A DNA stretch of 64,000 nucleotides from Phormidium sp. (GCA_051013385.1 CP143273.1:1504001-1568000), one strand, 5' to 3'. Shown: positions 1 to 10,876, numbered from the stretch's first letter. Numbers and translations: made by a program. The notes: a model not told the origin generated them from the sequence alone.

Positions 1-135
1 GAAGCCACTCCCGAACACTTTCTCAGTTACGACAAAGGTATAGATCCTCAGACAGGAAAAGCGATTTGGGGAGCATTGCTTGGCCCTTTTCGCTTCACCA
101 AACGCCAAGATTTTTCTGCCGAAATAACCCTTTAG
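1..135 (+). CDS. 3' end of CpcT/CpeT-family phycobiliprotein chromophore lyase (partial, runs off window start)
   Basis: Hand translation of frame 1 gives EATPEHFLSYDKGIDPQTGKAIWGALLGPFRFTKRQDFSAEITL*; the SYDKG-D---G---WG---GP-RF motif is typical of CpcT/CpeT C-termini. Confidence 0.75.
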   Translation, partial: EATPEHFLSYDKGIDPQTGKAIWGALLGPFRFTKRQDFSAEITL

Positions 136-224
136 AGTTAGGGTGCAGGGGGCAGTGATGTAAGGGGTGCAAGGGGTGTACGGGGTGCGAGAGGTGTACG
201 GGAAACACAGCGATAGGGAGACAA

Positions 225-302
225 TCTGCCCCTCTGCCCCTCTGCCCCTCTGCCCCTCTGCCCCTCTGCCCCTCTGCCCCTCTGCCCCTCTGCCCCTCTG
301 CC
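225..302. repeat. STRR octamer array (TCTGCCCC)n
   Basis: About 10 tandem copies between convergent genes. Confidence 0.95.
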
Positions 303-303
303 A

Positions 304-672
304 CTAACTAGCAATGGTGCGGGGTACACCTTCTAAAGCTTCTTCCTCGGTTTCAAAGATTTCAAATACCGAGTCCATCATCGTCACTTCAAAAACCAAT
401 CTAGCTTCTGGATGCACACTACAAATACGGAAGCTCCCCTTAACTTTATCTGCATCTCGCATTCCAGCCACTAATGATGTGAGGCCGGAACTGTCGATAA
501 AATTGACTAGACCCAAATTCACGACCACATGACGGCTGAGTTTAGAAATACATTCTTGCAACTTTAGGCGAAATTGCCATGCAGTTGTAATGTCCAAGCG
601 ACCTGCTGGAGTCAAGACGATTACAGTAGTGCCGTCTTGGGTCGTGTGGGTTTTTTGTTCGATCTGAATCAC
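304..672 (-). CDS. STAS-domain anti-sigma factor antagonist
   Basis: GRLDITT and VNFIDSSGL motif with the phosphorylatable Ser. Confidence 0.9.
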   Translation of the reverse strand: MIQIEQKTHTTQDGTTVIVLTPAGRLDITTAWQFRLKLQECISKLSRHVVVNLGLVNFIDSSGLTSLVAGMRDADKVKGSFRICSVHPEARLVFEVTMMDSVFEIFETEEEALEGVPRTIAS

Positions 673-919
673 TGACCCTCCCCTTGAAATCGTAAGAGTT
701 TAGAGTTTTTGCACACAACCTAAATCTTATAAACCGTCAAGCAATCCCAAGTAAGTGGGTGCCAATATGAAATTTAGAAGATCGACAGTTGTACAGTTTT
801 GCGGTTATAGGAAATAGTATTTTTTGTTTCTCTTACTATTGTTCCCAGGCTGAGGCAAAAATGAATAACCTCTTTAATTTTGGGTTGTTCATCTCAGTAG
901 TTTAACTCAGACTTCTGGA

Positions 920-1948
920 TTAGGAAGCAGTCCAGTTAGCCCAATCTTGAGGTTTCAAGAAGGTTTCATATAACTCGGCTTCCGGGGTGTTAGGTTCTGG
1001 CTCATAGCCATATTCCCAGCGTACCAGAGGCGGTAAAGACATCAAAATGGATTCAGTGCGTCCGTTGGTTTGCAGACCGAAAATGGTGCCGCGATCGTAA
1101 ACCAGATTAAACTCGACGTAGCGCCCGCGACGATAAAGTTGGAAGTTACGTTGGCGATCGCCATACTCTAAATTACGCCGACGTTCTACAATCGGAGCAT
1201 AAGCAGGTAAAAATGCCTTACCGCACTCTTGAACAAAAGCAAACAACTCTTCCCAAGTGCGAGTCAATGAACCAACCTTCGCACTATGAAGTGCTGCTAG
1301 CCCATCGGTATTACTTGCCCGATACAATTCCCCTTGAGCATCTTGGTAATCAAAAAAGATCCCACCGACACCCCTGGTTTCCTGACGGTGCTTCAAGTAA
1401 AAATACTCATCACACCAATATTTAAACGTCGGATAGTACTCTGGATGGTGGTTATCACAAGCTTGTTTAAAAGTCTTGTGGAAATGCGCCGCATCCTCAG
1501 CAAAAGGATAGTAAGGTGTCAAATCAGCACCACCACCAAACCACCAAACTGGCCCTGCTTCAAAATAACGATAATTTAGATGTACCGTCGGAATGTAAGG
1601 GTTGCGGGGGTGCAATACCATCGAAGTCCCAGTAGCATAGAAACCATGTCCAGCAGCTTCCGGGCGTTGTGCCAAAATTGAGGGCGGTAAATGTTCGCCC
1701 CAAACTTCCGAAAAGTTAACACCGCCTTGCTCAAAAACAGCACCTTCGCGCATCACGCGAGAACGACCTCCACCGCCTTCTGGTCTTTCCCAGGAATCTT
1801 CCTGGAAATTACCTACGCCGTCTACTGCTGCTAAACCTTGACAAATTTCGTCTTGAATTTGGCGCATAAACTGGCTAACTCTAGCTTTGGAATCAGCTGG
1901 AGGTACAGAATTAGAGGAGGTTACTTCGGAAGTTGAAAAAGCCGTCAT
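920..1948 (-). CDS. hemF: Oxygen-dependent coproporphyrinogen III oxidase
   Basis: [28 protein letters not shown] and [16 protein letters not shown] motifs. Confidence 0.97.
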   Translation of the reverse strand: MTAFSTSEVTSSNSVPPADSKARVSQFMRQIQDEICQGLAAVDGVGNFQEDSWERPEGGGGRSRVMREGAVFEQGGVNFSEVWGEHLPPSILAQRPEAAGHGFYATGTSMVLHPRNPYIPTVHLNYRYFEAGPVWWFGGGADLTPYYPFAEDAAHFHKTFKQACDNHHPEYYPTFKYWCDEYFYLKHRQETRGVGGIFFDYQDAQGELYRASNTDGLAALHSAKVGSLTRTWEELFAFVQECGKAFLPAYAPIVERRRNLEYGDRQRNFQLYRRGRYVEFNLVYDRGTIFGLQTNGRTESILMSLPPLVRWEYGYEPEPNTPEAELYETFLKPQDWANWTAS

Positions 1949-2047
1949 ATCAACACTTAAATCCCAATGTTACGCAAACGAACAGCGTTTTTAGATTAAC
2001 TCGAATCGGAACTCTACGGATAAACAACTAAGTTAACTTTAATTGAG

Positions 2048-2176
2048 AGCAGAAGGCAGAAGGCAGAAAGCAGAAGGTAGAAGTTAGAAGGCGGAAGGTA
2101 AATTGCCCCCCTGCCCCTCTGCCCCCCTGCCCCCCTGCCCCCCTGCGCCTCTGCCCCTCTGCCCCTCTGCCCCCCG
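2048..2176. repeat. STRR arrays (GCAGAAG)n then (CTGCCCCY)n
   Basis: Tandem heptamers and octamers read directly. Confidence 0.9.
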
Positions 2177-2273
2177 CGTTAGCGACCAAAAAATTTCTGA
2201 GGGGGGGATGTTATCCAATACACAATTAGCATACAATCAGGCTGTCTTGGAGGCTTGCCAAGGGAGGATTACT

Positions 2274-2762
2274 ATGATTCCCAATTTTTTCTCCAAATCT
2301 GTCCGTAAACGAGTCCAAAAGAAATACCGAGTTTCTCTTGCCAGGACGTATAAAGCCCTGAGTTCCGCCTCGGTTGATGCTCTTTGGCAGAAAATGACGG
2401 ATTTAGCTGATGTTTCTTGGCATCCCTTGTTGGCAAGCACGAATGTCCCTAAAGGATTGGTGGCTAAACCTGGTTTAATTTATCAGGCGATAACGCGATC
2501 GATCTTACCCATTCCGATTCAGATTTTTGTCGAACAAGTCAGACCCAGAGAGTTACTTACCGTCCGAATTATCACTCTACCAGGGCTAGAGGAACGAGTG
2601 ACATACAAAGTTGAGTCCACTGTTTGTGGCACTCAAATATCTTATTCTGTCACCTTACGGGGCTGGTTGTCGCCTTTAATTTGGTCTTTGATTCGATCGA
2701 GCGCCGCACGAGTTGCGGCACAATTAGCTGATGCAGCAGAACAAAACCCGTTATTAAGATAA
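2274..2762 (+). CDS. SRPBCC/polyketide cyclase-like protein
   Basis: LWQK--DLADVSWHPL and VTLRGWLSPL pattern; GGAGG RBS before ATG 2274; the longer ORF-track start translates STRR. Confidence 0.75.
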   Translation: MIPNFFSKSVRKRVQKKYRVSLARTYKALSSASVDALWQKMTDLADVSWHPLLASTNVPKGLVAKPGLIYQAITRSILPIPIQIFVEQVRPRELLTVRIITLPGLEERVTYKVESTVCGTQISYSVTLRGWLSPLIWSLIRSSAARVAAQLADAAEQNPLLR

Positions 2763-2770
2763 GGCAAGAT

Positions 2771-3559
2771 TCAAAATACACTCCGAATCAAACCACCATC
2801 AACTCTCAGACTGGCACCATTAATGGCAGAAGCTAAGGGACTGGACACAAATGCCACCAAATCAGCGATTTCTGAAGTACGAATCAAACGCCCAATTAAG
2901 GAAGTGGGACGATTTTCGCTTATAAAGCGTTTTTCGGCTATTTCATAATCAACATCGGGAAAAACATCTCGAATCAGTTCCACAACTCCAGAGGTTTTTG
3001 TTGAACCTGGAAGAACCGAATTAACTGTTACATTTGTTCCTTTAGTTAGTTCGGCAAGACTGCGAGAAATGGAAAGCTGCATTGTTTTAGTGGCGCTATA
3101 ATGAACCATTTCCATAGCAGGATTAATGGCTGATTCGCTGGAAATAAAGACAATTCGCCCATAATTACGGTCTAACATTTTTCGCAAATAATGCCGACTC
3201 AAGCGCACACCACTGAGAATATTTACTTCAAATATTTTGAGCCATTGTTCATCAGTAGTATCAAAGAAATCTACTGCTTCATAAATACCTAAATTATTGA
3301 CAAGGATATCAACTTCTGGATATTGAGCGATCGTATGAAGGCAGCCTGGGGCATTCCCGTTATCTGCTACCAAGGGCAGGAGTTTCGCTTGGGGATACTC
3401 GGAAGAAATCTTTTCAATTGCACTGTTGACACTGTTTGATGTTCTCCCATTAATAATCACGTTAGATCCTTCACGGGCTAAGGTGCGAGCAATTTCTAAA
3501 CCTATGCCTCCCGCAGAAGCAGTCACAAGAGCAGTTTGATTTTGCAGTTGTAGATCCAT
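2771..3559 (-). CDS. SDR family NAD(P)-dependent oxidoreductase
   Basis: [17 protein letters not shown] catalytic motif, VDGG. Confidence 0.92.
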   Translation of the reverse strand: MDLQLQNQTALVTASAGGIGLEIARTLAREGSNVIINGRTSNSVNSAIEKISSEYPQAKLLPLVADNGNAPGCLHTIAQYPEVDILVNNLGIYEAVDFFDTTDEQWLKIFEVNILSGVRLSRHYLRKMLDRNYGRIVFISSESAINPAMEMVHYSATKTMQLSISRSLAELTKGTNVTVNSVLPGSTKTSGVVELIRDVFPDVDYEIAEKRFISENRPTSLIGRLIRTSEIADLVAFVSSPLASAINGASLRVDGGLIRSVF

Positions 3560-3749
3560 TTTTATTCCCCATTAAGTTTAGTTTATTGGAAACTGAAAAA
3601 ATTGCTCCCCTGCTCCCAGAGTTGCGGGGGTTCCTCTACTGTCTCAATAAATAATTTAGATGCGTGACAGTTTAGACTCAGACCACCATTAGTTAAGATT
3701 TTAAAAGAATTAACCTCAAATCACCCCGAAAAACAAGGGGAGAACACTA

Positions 3750-4820
3750 ATGTCAGACGTTCTCGATGTCAGCACAATTTTAGAAGTATTGCGACCTGTC
3801 GAAGACCCGGAACTCCGCAAAAGTCTGGTGGAATTAAATATGATTCGCAACGTCAAGGTTGATGCTGGCAATGTCAGTTTTACTCTTGTGTTGACGACAC
3901 CTGCTTGCCCTTTGCGCGAGTTTATTGTGGAAGATTGCCAAAAGGCAGTGAAAAAATTACCTGGCGTGACAGATGTCAAAGTTGATGTTACCGCAGAAAC
4001 ACCTCAGCAAAAATCTCTCCCTGACCGTACCGGAATCGCTGGGGTTAAAAATATATTAGCCGTTTCCAGTGGTAAAGGCGGTGTAGGTAAAAGCACTGTC
4101 GCCGTCAATGTCGCGGTCGCTTTGGCGCAAACTGGCGCTAAGGTGGGGATGATTGATGCCGATATTTATGGCCCAAATGTCCCCACAATGCTGGGACTTT
4201 CCGAGGCTAAGGTGGCGGTACGGCAAACTGCTCAAGGGGAAGTGTTGGAACCAGCTTTTAATCACGGTGTAAAGATGGTTTCAATGGGCTTTTTAATTGA
4301 TAAAGACCAACCTGTGATTTGGCGTGGCCCGATGCTCAATGGTATTATCCGACAGTTTCTTTACCAAGTGGAATGGGGGGAACTGGATTATTTAATTGTG
4401 GATATGCCTCCGGGAACTGGTGATGCTCAGTTAACTTTAGTGCAAGCTGTGCCAATGGCGGGGGCTGTGATTGTCACTACACCGCAAAATGTGGCTTTGT
4501 TGGACTCTCGGAAGGGGTTAAAGATGTTCCAGCAGATGGGAGTCCCAGTTTTGGGCATTGTGGAAAACATGAGTTATTTTATTCCGCCCGATTTACCCGA
4601 TCGCCAGTATGACATTTTTGGCTCAGGTGGCGGCGAAAAAACCGCAGCAGAATTAGGTGTACCCTTACTCGGTTGTGTACCTTTGGAAATTCCCTTGCGT
4701 GAAGGTGGCGATCGCGGTATACCTATTGTGGCTGCTGACCCAGATTCTGCCTCTGCCAAAGCCTTAACGCAGATTGCTAAACAAATAGCCGCCAAAGTTT
4801 CTGTTGCTGCCCTAGCTTAG
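3750..4820 (+). CDS. mrp: Mrp/NBP35 (ApbC) Fe-S cluster carrier ATPase
   Basis: DPEL..CP N-terminal domain, SGKGGVGKST, DADIYGP, DMPPGTGD. Confidence 0.95.
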   Translation: MSDVLDVSTILEVLRPVEDPELRKSLVELNMIRNVKVDAGNVSFTLVLTTPACPLREFIVEDCQKAVKKLPGVTDVKVDVTAETPQQKSLPDRTGIAGVKNILAVSSGKGGVGKSTVAVNVAVALAQTGAKVGMIDADIYGPNVPTMLGLSEAKVAVRQTAQGEVLEPAFNHGVKMVSMGFLIDKDQPVIWRGPMLNGIIRQFLYQVEWGELDYLIVDMPPGTGDAQLTLVQAVPMAGAVIVTTPQNVALLDSRKGLKMFQQMGVPVLGIVENMSYFIPPDLPDRQYDIFGSGGGEKTAAELGVPLLGCVPLEIPLREGGDRGIPIVAADPDSASAKALTQIAKQIAAKVSVAALA

Positions 4821-4821
4821 A

Positions 4822-5068
4822 AGCTCTCGGAGCAGGGGGGCTCTCGGAGCAGGGGGCTCTCGGAGCAGGGGGGCTCTCGGAGCACAGGAGAAAGGTAAAA
4901 TTTAAATTCTCGTTGTCCTCTTGTCCCCTTGTCCCCTTGTCCCCTTGTCCTCTTGTCCCCTTGTCCTCTTGTCCCCTTGTCCCCTTGTCCCCTTGTCCCC
5001 TTGTCCCCTTGTCCTCTTGTCCCCTTGTCCCCTTGTCCTCTTGTCCCCTTGTCCCCTTGTCCCCTTGT
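4822..5068. repeat. Four copies of GCTCTCGGAGCA followed by a long (TTGTCCYC)n STRR array
   Basis: Read directly; source of the spurious PCPLVPLS ORFs. Confidence 0.92.
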
Positions 5069-5152
5069 GCCCAGTCAAGAGTCCCCAATCCCCTTGCCTT
5101 CTGCTATAAAATCTAAAATTGCTCTGTGCCCTGGAGTCCGATCTAAAAAATC

Positions 5153-6568
5153 ATGATGTTGAAGTCAATCAAATCATTTCGCTGGAAGTCTATTGTCTCA
5201 CCTTGGCAACAAACTGACATTTGGCTGTTTCTGCTGCCTGTGGGACTTTCCATTTTAGGCGGCATCATGATCCGTAGTACAGAACTCAATCAAATTACAC
5301 CTAACTGGTGGCATTCTTGGGTTTTACCTTTGTTTGGTTTAACAGCGGTATTAACGATATTAGTGGTGGTAGCACAATATGTCGCTCATGAATATTGGCA
5401 GCAGTGGTTGATTAGTGGTCTGGCTTTTGGTTTGATTTTCATTAAAGCCTTTTTAGAAGCCCCCAAATGGGCAGAACATATCCTCATTACTGTAGTCGGT
5501 TTATGCTTAATGCTGTTATGCGCTCGCTGGCGTTTTGAAAACTTGATTAAATGGCATTGGGTAATCTTCGCGATTAGCAATCTGTCTTTGATCTGGGTAA
5601 TGATTGCTGGTACAAGTGCCAAAGGTGCCCAGCGTTGGATTGCGATCGGTTCTTTCTATGTTCAGCCTTCAGAATTTGCTAAGTTATCTTTGATTATTAC
5701 TCTAGCTGTGTTGTTAAGTGCTAAAGATTCTGGGACTATGGGTTCTCTAACCAGGTCTTTGGGAATTACAGCTGTTCCTTGGATTTTAGTTTTTTTACAA
5801 CCAGATTTGGGATCTTCTTTGGTTTTTGGGGCGATTACTGTGGGAATGCTTTACTGGGCTAATGTGAATCCTGGTTGGTTGATCTTACTCAGTTCTCCTC
5901 TTGTCTCAGCAGTTTTGTTTAATGTTTATTTACCGGGATGGTGCGCTTGGTCAGCATTAATGGCATTGATTGGCTGGAAAACTTTACCTTGGCCGATCAG
6001 GGGTGCGGTGGGTGCAGTAGCGATTAATTTAATCGGTGGTGAAGCTGGGCTGATTTTTTGGGGTTTGTTGAAGGATTATCAAAAAAATCGGATTATTAAC
6101 TTTTTGCACCCGGAACAAGATCCTTTAGGTGCGGGATATCACTTGATTCAATCTCGGATTGCGATCGGTTCTGGTGAACTTTGGGGCAGAGGTCTATATC
6201 ATGGAACTCAAACTCAAGGAAATTTTGTTCCTGAACAACATACAGATTTTATTTTTTCCGCTATTGGCGAGGAACTGGGTTTTGTGGGTTGTATGGCGGT
6301 TTTGCTGGCTTTTTGGTTCCTCTGTCTACGTTTGGTGATGATTGCTGAGAGTTCTAAGAATAATTTTGGTTCTCTGTTAGCTATTGGTGTTTTGGTAATG
6401 ATTGTGTTTCAGGTGCTTGTTAATGTCGGTATGACTATTGGCATGGCACCTGTGACGGGAAAGAGTTTGCCTTGGGTGAGTTACGGGCGATCGGCTATTT
6501 TGACTCAATTTATTGCGATCGGATTGGTACAATCAGTGGCAAATTATCGACAGCGACTTAAGTTTTAG
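5153..6568 (+). CDS. rodA: Rod shape-determining protein RodA (SEDS)
   Basis: GAQRWI, QPSEFAK, QPDLGS, PEQHTDFIFSAIGEELGF, LPWVSYG. Confidence 0.93.
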   Translation: MMLKSIKSFRWKSIVSPWQQTDIWLFLLPVGLSILGGIMIRSTELNQITPNWWHSWVLPLFGLTAVLTILVVVAQYVAHEYWQQWLISGLAFGLIFIKAFLEAPKWAEHILITVVGLCLMLLCARWRFENLIKWHWVIFAISNLSLIWVMIAGTSAKGAQRWIAIGSFYVQPSEFAKLSLIITLAVLLSAKDSGTMGSLTRSLGITAVPWILVFLQPDLGSSLVFGAITVGMLYWANVNPGWLILLSSPLVSAVLFNVYLPGWCAWSALMALIGWKTLPWPIRGAVGAVAINLIGGEAGLIFWGLLKDYQKNRIINFLHPEQDPLGAGYHLIQSRIAIGSGELWGRGLYHGTQTQGNFVPEQHTDFIFSAIGEELGFVGCMAVLLAFWFLCLRLVMIAESSKNNFGSLLAIGVLVMIVFQVLVNVGMTIGMAPVTGKSLPWVSYGRSAILTQFIAIGLVQSVANYRQRLKF

Positions 6569-6593
6569 GGGATTGGGGACTGGGAAGAGGTGG

Positions 6594-6741
6594 CAATACC
6601 GCTCGGGTTTTGAGTAGGGGCGAAGCATTCGGGCAACAATTTATGACTCAAACCCTAGATTTTCTGCCCGAATGCTAATGCCTACGGCACGCACTCGCGT
6701 TCGCCCCTACAAAGGGGAAAATCGTTAACCGAGCAGTATTG
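6594..6741. mobile_element. 148-bp MITE with 13-bp TIRs and 10-bp target site duplication, carrying a REP-like doublet
   Basis: TIRs CAATACCGCTCGG / CCGAGCAGTATTG (1 mismatch); flanking direct repeat GAAGAGGTGG at 6584-6593 and 6742-6751. Confidence 0.88.
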
Positions 6742-6872
6742 GAAGAGGTGGGGAGATGGGGAGAAACAATTCAAATACATCTAAGTTCACCCTACCCCCT
6801 AACTCCCCACCTCATCTGGCTTTGACAGATTGATAGTAAGCTAATAATGAAGCAATCACTGAGGAGATAATC

Positions 6873-7070
6873 ATGTTTTTGCCCGGATCGGCTGTGCGTG
6901 TTAAGAATGTCAATGATACTTATTATGGTTTTCAAGGATTAGTGCAACGAGTTACTGATGGTAAGGCAGCTGTGTTGTTTGAAGGCGGTAATTGGGATAA
7001 ATTGATTACTTTCCGCCTTTCAGAATTGGAACTGGTAGATACAACTGCTGGTAAGAAAAAGGGCAAGTAA
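6873..7070 (+). CDS. ndhS: NDH-1 subunit NdhS
   Basis: [38 protein letters not shown] signature. Confidence 0.93.
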   Translation: MFLPGSAVRVKNVNDTYYGFQGLVQRVTDGKAAVLFEGGNWDKLITFRLSELELVDTTAGKKKGK

Positions 7071-7343
7071 ACAAGTAATAGGTAATCGGCAATTTAATGA
7101 GCAATTGAAGAATTGAAGAATTGCCGATGCAAAGATTTTTTTTGGGTTGAAGCCCCGCCCAGCCCAGGCCCAATAGAATAGGTGCTACGCACACGCTACG
7201 CGAACGAAAATCTAAAATCGAAAATCCTCAAGCTCTGTCCCTTTTAGGGTTCGCCTTTCAAAATCGAAAATCGAAAATCGAAAATCGGTTGACCGATTAC
7301 CTATTACTAAGTACCAATTACCAATTACCAATTAGCTGAAATT

Positions 7344-7988
7344 ATGCGTCTTCCTTTACCACAATTTTCTGGAGGGACTCGCCACCCGAACCATTTTGCT
7401 GAGGTGATCGTCACCTCAACTTCGGAGTTTTTGGCTCAATGTTTGGAACCAGAAACGTTAAGTTTTCCGGCAATGCCTCCTTTTGGTAGTTGGGTGCGCT
7501 CGCTAGATGAAGAGTCAGATAATCTGATATATGGTGTGGTTTATCATGCCACTACTTTACCTATTGATTCGGTGCATCGCGCCCGTGCTTTAGGTATGTC
7601 TCTGGCAGAATTAAGGGAAGAACAACCGCAGATTTTTGCGATGCTAAAAACGGAGTTTAGCGCTGCTATTGTGGGTTATAAAACTCCGGGAAAACAGCAA
7701 AGTTTTTATCAACATATTCCCCCCCGTCCTCCCCAAATTCACCAAGCTGTTTATTTTTGTGAACCAGAAGAAATAATTGTATTTAGTGAAGAGTTGGATT
7801 TTTTGCGAATGCTTTTGCAAATACCGCAAGCGCCTGTGGATGCTCTTTGTGCGGCGGCGATTCGACAAATTTATCAGTTAAGAAAGGGCGATCGCACTTG
7901 GTTGGTGAAAGCTGGACGTTATTTAAGTACCTTACTTCGAGATGATTACGATCGCTTAAGAGTTATTTTAAGTCAAATCCATTTGTAG
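7344..7988 (+). CDS. HAS-barrel domain protein
   Basis: MRLPLPQF start, PPFGSWV, HRARALG, EEQPQIFAML; cyanobacterial family usually next to ndhS. Confidence 0.8.
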   Translation: MRLPLPQFSGGTRHPNHFAEVIVTSTSEFLAQCLEPETLSFPAMPPFGSWVRSLDEESDNLIYGVVYHATTLPIDSVHRARALGMSLAELREEQPQIFAMLKTEFSAAIVGYKTPGKQQSFYQHIPPRPPQIHQAVYFCEPEEIIVFSEELDFLRMLLQIPQAPVDALCAAAIRQIYQLRKGDRTWLVKAGRYLSTLLRDDYDRLRVILSQIHL

Positions 7989-8267
7989 TAAATTATCTAT
8001 CTCTGTTTAATTAGGAAAATTGTAACTATAACAACAATTCAATTTTAGATAAAAATCTATTTGTTAAAAATTTTTCCCCTAAAAGACGTAAATATTAAAT
8101 CTATCTGTAGACTAGTAGACTCAGTATTTTTTGTCAGGTTAAATTAATCTGGGATAAGTTTTTAACCCTTATCTATAATCCTAAACTCAACAAATCTAAA
8201 CTAAGAAACAGAGCAATATTGATTTTGTTTATTAGATGACTCAGCCCTTTATCTACCCTGTCACATT

Positions 8268-10355
8268 ATGGAATCACTTTTGCACGTAGTTCAGCAGCCT
8301 ATTGTGCCGTTTGCGATTTTGCTTGCGGTAATTCTTACTGTACCTCCCTTATTTGAAAGATTGCGATTGCCGGGATTAGTTGGTTTACTAGCAGCAGGTG
8401 TTATCCTTGGCCCAAATGCTTTAAAAATATTGAGTACTAAACAACCAACTATGGAATTACTCTCAGACATTGGGTTAGTTTACCTGATGTTTGTTGCGGG
8501 TTTAGAAGTTGATATGGAACAGTTCCGCAAAACTAAATATCGTTCCGCAGGTTTTGGCACTTTTACTTTTATTGTGCCGTTAATTTTCGGCACAACTGTG
8601 GGGCGAGTTTTTGGTTTTGATTGGAATGCTTCCATTTTAATTGGTTCTCTGTTTGCTTCTCATACACTTTTGGCTTATCCAATTGTTAGCCGTCTTGGGG
8701 TAGTGGGAAACGAAGCGGTTACAGTGACAATTGGGGCGACAATTTTTACTGATATTGGTGCTTTGTTAGTATTAGCTGTTTGTATTGCTATTCATAAAGG
8801 TGAGTTTTCTGTAACTAATTTATTAACTTTGCTGATGATGTTAATTGTCTATTCTGCGATCGTCCTATTTGGCTTCGATTGGGCAGGAAGGCAATTTTTC
8901 CGGCGCACAGGTGACGATCAAGGAAATCAATTTTTATTTGTGTTGTTAGCAGTTTTTCTTGCTGCTTTGGGGGCAGAATTAATTGGGGTAGAAAAAATTG
9001 TCGGGGCTTTTTTGGCAGGTTTGGCGGTGAATGATGCGATCGGAGAAGGGCCTGTCAAAGAAAAGGTAATATTTGTTGGTAGTGTCCTATTTATTCCTGT
9101 TTTCTTCGTGGACATGGGATTACTAATTGATATTCCAGGTTTTCTGAAAAGTTTGTCATCAATTTGGTTAACATTAGCAATTGTTGTCGGGTTAATTACG
9201 AGTAAATTTTTAGCTGCTTTATTTGCTGCATTAGTCTATCGCTACAACAAGCAAGAAATGTTAACTATGTGGTCGTTATCTATGCCTCAAGTAGCGGCAA
9301 CTTTAGCAGCCACATTAGTAGGTTATCGAGCCGGAATACTGAGTGAAGCTGTATTGAATAGTGTTCTAGTTTTAATGTTAGTAACCGCTACTTTAGGGCC
9401 ACTAATTACTAGTAAAGTTGCTCCTGGTTTGCCTGTACAAGAAACTCTGGTCGAGCCTGTGAAACCCAAATCAGAAATCGAATCAGAAATAACAATAGAT
9501 AATAAACTTAGCTCTCGTTTTACTATTGTAGTGCCAGTAAGAAATCCGCAAACGGAAAGGTTTTTGATTGAAATAGCGGCAATATTGGCAAAGCATGAAG
9601 GTGGGAGAATTTTACCATTAGCTATTCCTCAAGCTCATGCTCAAATGGATGCTTCTGAGTTGGATCAAGCTCTTAAACGGAATCACATCTTACTTAACCG
9701 AGCAATGGAAATGAGTCGAGAATTAGGCGTGGAAGCGGAACCAATATTACGAATTGATGATGCTGTTCCTCAAGGAATTAGTCGTGCTAGTCGGGAAAAG
9801 AATGCTAATTTAATTGTCATGGGTTGGAGTAATCGCGCTAGTTTTCGGGCAAGATTATTTGGTAATGTGATTGATGGGGTTTTGTGGGCATCTCATTGTC
9901 CGGTGGCGATTACCCGTTTGCTGGATTCACCTAGTAAGATTGGGCGCATTTTGGTGCCAATGGAAAATTTTACTAATCAAGCGGTTAGGTTGATCAGATT
10001 TGCCAAAATTTTAGCTGATGCGAATCAGGCACAGATAACTTTGTTAAATGTTTGCGATCGCCGCACTACTGATACTAAAATTGCTTGGACAACTTCTCAG
10101 ATGAATTTGTTAGCTGATAAATGGATTCCTAACATTAATACTGAGGTTAAAGTCGTGGCTAATGATGATATCGTGAAAGCTGTACTTATGGCATCACAAC
10201 TTTCGGATTTAGTGGTTTTGCGATCGGAACGGCAACGCACTGCTGGAGGATTGGCAATGAGCAATATTACTACCGAAATAGTGCAACAACTTCATTGTTC
10301 ATTCGTGTTATTGGGAGAACCACAAAAAAATTATCGAGAAGTTGTTTCTTATTAA
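8268..10355 (+). CDS. CPA2 cation:proton antiporter with C-terminal USP-like domains
   Basis: Many TM segments, LMFVAGLE, TIFTD, GAFLAG; C-terminal LIVMGW..LFGNVID. Confidence 0.92.
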   Translation: MESLLHVVQQPIVPFAILLAVILTVPPLFERLRLPGLVGLLAAGVILGPNALKILSTKQPTMELLSDIGLVYLMFVAGLEVDMEQFRKTKYRSAGFGTFTFIVPLIFGTTVGRVFGFDWNASILIGSLFASHTLLAYPIVSRLGVVGNEAVTVTIGATIFTDIGALLVLAVCIAIHKGEFSVTNLLTLLMMLIVYSAIVLFGFDWAGRQFFRRTGDDQGNQFLFVLLAVFLAALGAELIGVEKIVGAFLAGLAVNDAIGEGPVKEKVIFVGSVLFIPVFFVDMGLLIDIPGFLKSLSSIWLTLAIVVGLITSKFLAALFAALVYRYNKQEMLTMWSLSMPQVAATLAATLVGYRAGILSEAVLNSVLVLMLVTATLGPLITSKVAPGLPVQETLVEPVKPKSEIESEITIDNKLSSRFTIVVPVRNPQTERFLIEIAAILAKHEGGRILPLAIPQAHAQMDASELDQALKRNHILLNRAMEMSRELGVEAEPILRIDDAVPQGISRASREKNANLIVMGWSNRASFRARLFGNVIDGVLWASHCPVAITRLLDSPSKIGRILVPMENFTNQAVRLIRFAKILADANQAQITLLNVCDRRTTDTKIAWTTSQMNLLADKWIPNINTEVKVVANDDIVKAVLMASQLSDLVVLRSERQRTAGGLAMSNITTEIVQQLHCSFVLLGEPQKNYREVVSY

Positions 10356-10474
10356 ATTTAAATTTTCCTAACCCAACATGGCGGAAATAATTATCCGATA
10401 AAAAAAGGCTAAAAACCCAACTGTAGAAGTTTTCTTACCTTCTGTCTTTCTCAGTGAGGAGCGAGTTGAAATGA

Positions 10475-10612
10475 TTAAATTTCTTGGGATTCTTCCATGA
10501 TTTCTATTATCACCCAACCGATGTAAGAGAGCGCCAATGCCAGTACAACGGAAACTAGATAGGCAAGTGCGAATGTTTGCAGCGCGGAAGAGAAGGAAAT
10601 GTATGGTGCCAT
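10475..10612 (-). CDS. Small single-pass membrane protein (45 aa), not in ORF track
   Basis: MAPYISFSSALQTFALAYLVSVVLALALSYIGWVIIEIMEESQEI*; AGGAGG RBS at 10620-10625, 7 nt from the ATG. Confidence 0.65.
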   Translation of the reverse strand: MAPYISFSSALQTFALAYLVSVVLALALSYIGWVIIEIMEESQEI

Positions 10613-10876
10613 AATTTGGCCTCCTGAACATTATGCTATTTCTAATATTCCCTCAATTGCGGTCTTTTTATCTACTGATTTATAGTGATTTATACTCTAT
10701 CTGTTGGTTGAGTTTGCTTAGTATTCGTAACAACTCCCATAAGCAAAACAAATTTAGGCCCAAAGTCTGAGTGCGATCGCTAACCCCAATCAACTAAACT
10801 AAATTTAGCTCTGCCATATTCATCTCTGCATACTCTCCTCTCCTGAGCAAATTAGTAAATTTAGATACTAAACAGC

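Noticed and set aside
95..329. ORFs translating STRR arrays (also at 4777-5156, 52818-53063, 53972-54194 and the N-terminus of 2103)
   Set aside because: Low-complexity translations of 7-8 nt repeats, no RBS, open in several frames
4822..4885. Repeated GCTCTCGGAGCA units as a CRISPR array
   Set aside because: Units are 12 nt, separated only by short G-runs; no spacers and no cas genes
7344..7988. HAS-barrel protein as part of a HerA/NurA or defence system
   Set aside because: No HerA ATPase or nuclease partner adjacent; housekeeping rodA-ndhS context
10368..10631. 87-aa ORF from the track
   Set aside because: Atypical composition; the strong RBS lies inside it and serves the 45-aa ORF in another frame
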